Shown: positions 62,553 to 64,000 of the stretch, in pieces
Position numbering within the stretch: position 1 is the first letter of the stretch
Layout of the letters: each line of letters begins with the position of its first letter
Assembly (NCBI GenBank): GCA_951406725.2
Contig: OX597821.1
Span: forward strand, 59,582,001 to 59,646,000
Source: Octopus vulgaris
Taxonomy: Eukaryota
Direction of reading: 5' to 3'
DNA: 64,000 bases
Made by a program: the position numbers and the translations under genes
The notes under the pieces: generated by a model
Databases searched by the model: none
Told to the model about the DNA's origin: nothing
Seen by the model: only the letters and a program-made list of their open reading frames with translations

Positions 62553-63145
62553 AATAACAATCCTTTCTACTAAAGGCACAAAACCTGAAATATTTGGTGG
62601 AAAAGGACTAGTTGATTACATCAACCCATGTTTCAATGGTACTCAATTTATCGACCCCAAAAAGATGAAAAGCAGCTGACATTGGTAAAATTTGAACTCA
62701 GAACATAAAAACAGACGAAATGCCACTAAGATTTTGCCTGGTGTGTTAATGATTCTGCCAGCCTATTGCCTTAATAATACTACTACTACTACAAATAATA
62801 ATTTTTCAACCATAGACACAAGAACTGAAATTTGAAGGGGAAGGGCTAGTTGGTTACATCAATCCAGTATATAACTAGTACTTATTTTATCGACCCTGAA
62901 AGGATGAAAGACAAAGTCAACCTCAGTGGAATTTGATAATAGCAATCGTAATCCATTCTATTACAGGTAGAAGGTCTGAAATTGGGGGTGGGTGGGGGTG
63001 AAGGCTAGTCAATTACATTGGCCCCAGCATTCAAATGGTATTTATTTCATCAACTCTGAAGAGATGAAAGGTATAGTCAACCTTGTTGGAATTTGAACTC
63101 AGAACATAAAGCTGGAAGAAATGCTACCAAGTATTTTGTTCAGCA
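62553..63145 (-). mobile_element. Three tandem older family B SINEs
   Basis: Three successive units with GAAATT...GATGAAAG...ATTTGA, separated by AAT-rich tails. Confidence 0.75.
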
Positions 63146-64000
63146 GTAATAACAGTTTCAAACTCTGACACAAGGCCAGTAATTTTTAGGGTGTGGAGGA
63201 AGGGGTCAGTGACATGATTATATATCTTATGATTTAAGTTTGCATGTTTTCAAAGTAACGAAGGAGTGAAATTAAAGTTTCATATTACATATTTGAGACG
63301 ATTAATAAAGTTTGTTGATTAGTTACCATTAGTCGAGTTCATGCGACATCTTGCAAGAAGCAAATAAATTCCATAAATGTTTCCCCAACACAGCACAGCA
63401 AGAGAGGCTTGTTAGTCATGCACTGTAGTGAATGTCAGCTGCCTAACAGATGTTGACATTTCTTTCTAAATCATTGACAAAGAGAATATTAATAAGCAAT
63501 GACTTTGAACCTAAAACTTTACCTGGATTATAAATGTATATTCACACATATAATTATTGATGTAATCTGCATATTCAGTTTGTAAGCAGAAAGTGAAAAT
63601 GTACAAGACATTTCTAAAGTTTAGCATAGCATATTCTACTGTTCCTGTCTAAATTCTAATGATAGAGCTTCGTCAATTTGGTAAATGGAAACTGTGTGGA
63701 AGCCTAAGTATGCGTATGTGTATTCCCCACCTCACTACTTGACAATTGGTGTTTGTTTACATTCTCATAATTTAGTGGTTCAGCAAAAAATAGCAATAGA
63801 ATAAATACTAGACTTAATAAATAAATAAATAGGTGCAGGTGTGGGAGCCATGTGAATGGATTAGATAGATGGAAACTGAAAGAAACCCTTTGTGTGTACT
63901 AGTGTGTGTGTTCTCCCGCCACTGCACTTGAGACCGGTGTTGGCGAGTTTATGTCCCTGTCACTTAGAAGTTTGGCAAAAGACAACAGAATAGGTACTAG

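Noticed and set aside
1-64000. Most 60-160 aa ORFs in the supplied track
   Set aside because: They overlap SINEs or microsatellites (THTH, YIYI, CVCV runs) or are antisense to the RT; none has a recognisable domain.
1-64000. CRISPR arrays, operons, rRNA or true tRNA genes
   Set aside because: No regularly spaced repeat-spacer array or rRNA. The tRNA-like A/B boxes are SINE heads that continue into SINE bodies.

Overview
This is AT-rich eukaryotic (animal) DNA, mostly intronic or intergenic and dense in repeats. The tRNA-derived SINE families and (TA)n/(CA)n arrays look like those of an Octopus genome; that is recalled from memory, not verified. I cannot identify any host protein-coding gene with confidence. 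A CpG-enriched, SINE-free stretch at ~9.6-11.2 kb may be a promoter, possibly bidirectional, and there are a few weak exon candidates. The only long ORF (46733-47764) is the RT/C-terminal part of a 5'-truncated CR1/L2-group LINE inserted into a SINE. Other mobile elements: a decayed rosa-type (DD41D) Tc1/mariner, an internally deleted mariner, hAT, piggyBac-like and Harbinger-like MITEs with TSDs, a non-autonomous Helitron, RTE and CR1/L2-like LINE relics, and dozens of SINE copies. The most notable signal is a set of short non-coding modules stacked in (TA)n arrays. They carry hammerhead-ribozyme-like motifs (about 8, of variable integrity) together with inverted or direct terminal repeats, an architecture like Penelope-like elements or retrozymes. 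One is a 228-nt rod-like palindrome with a hammerhead on each strand (52049-52276). SINE family letters A-F are my own labels, and SINE/LINE-relic boundaries are approximate.
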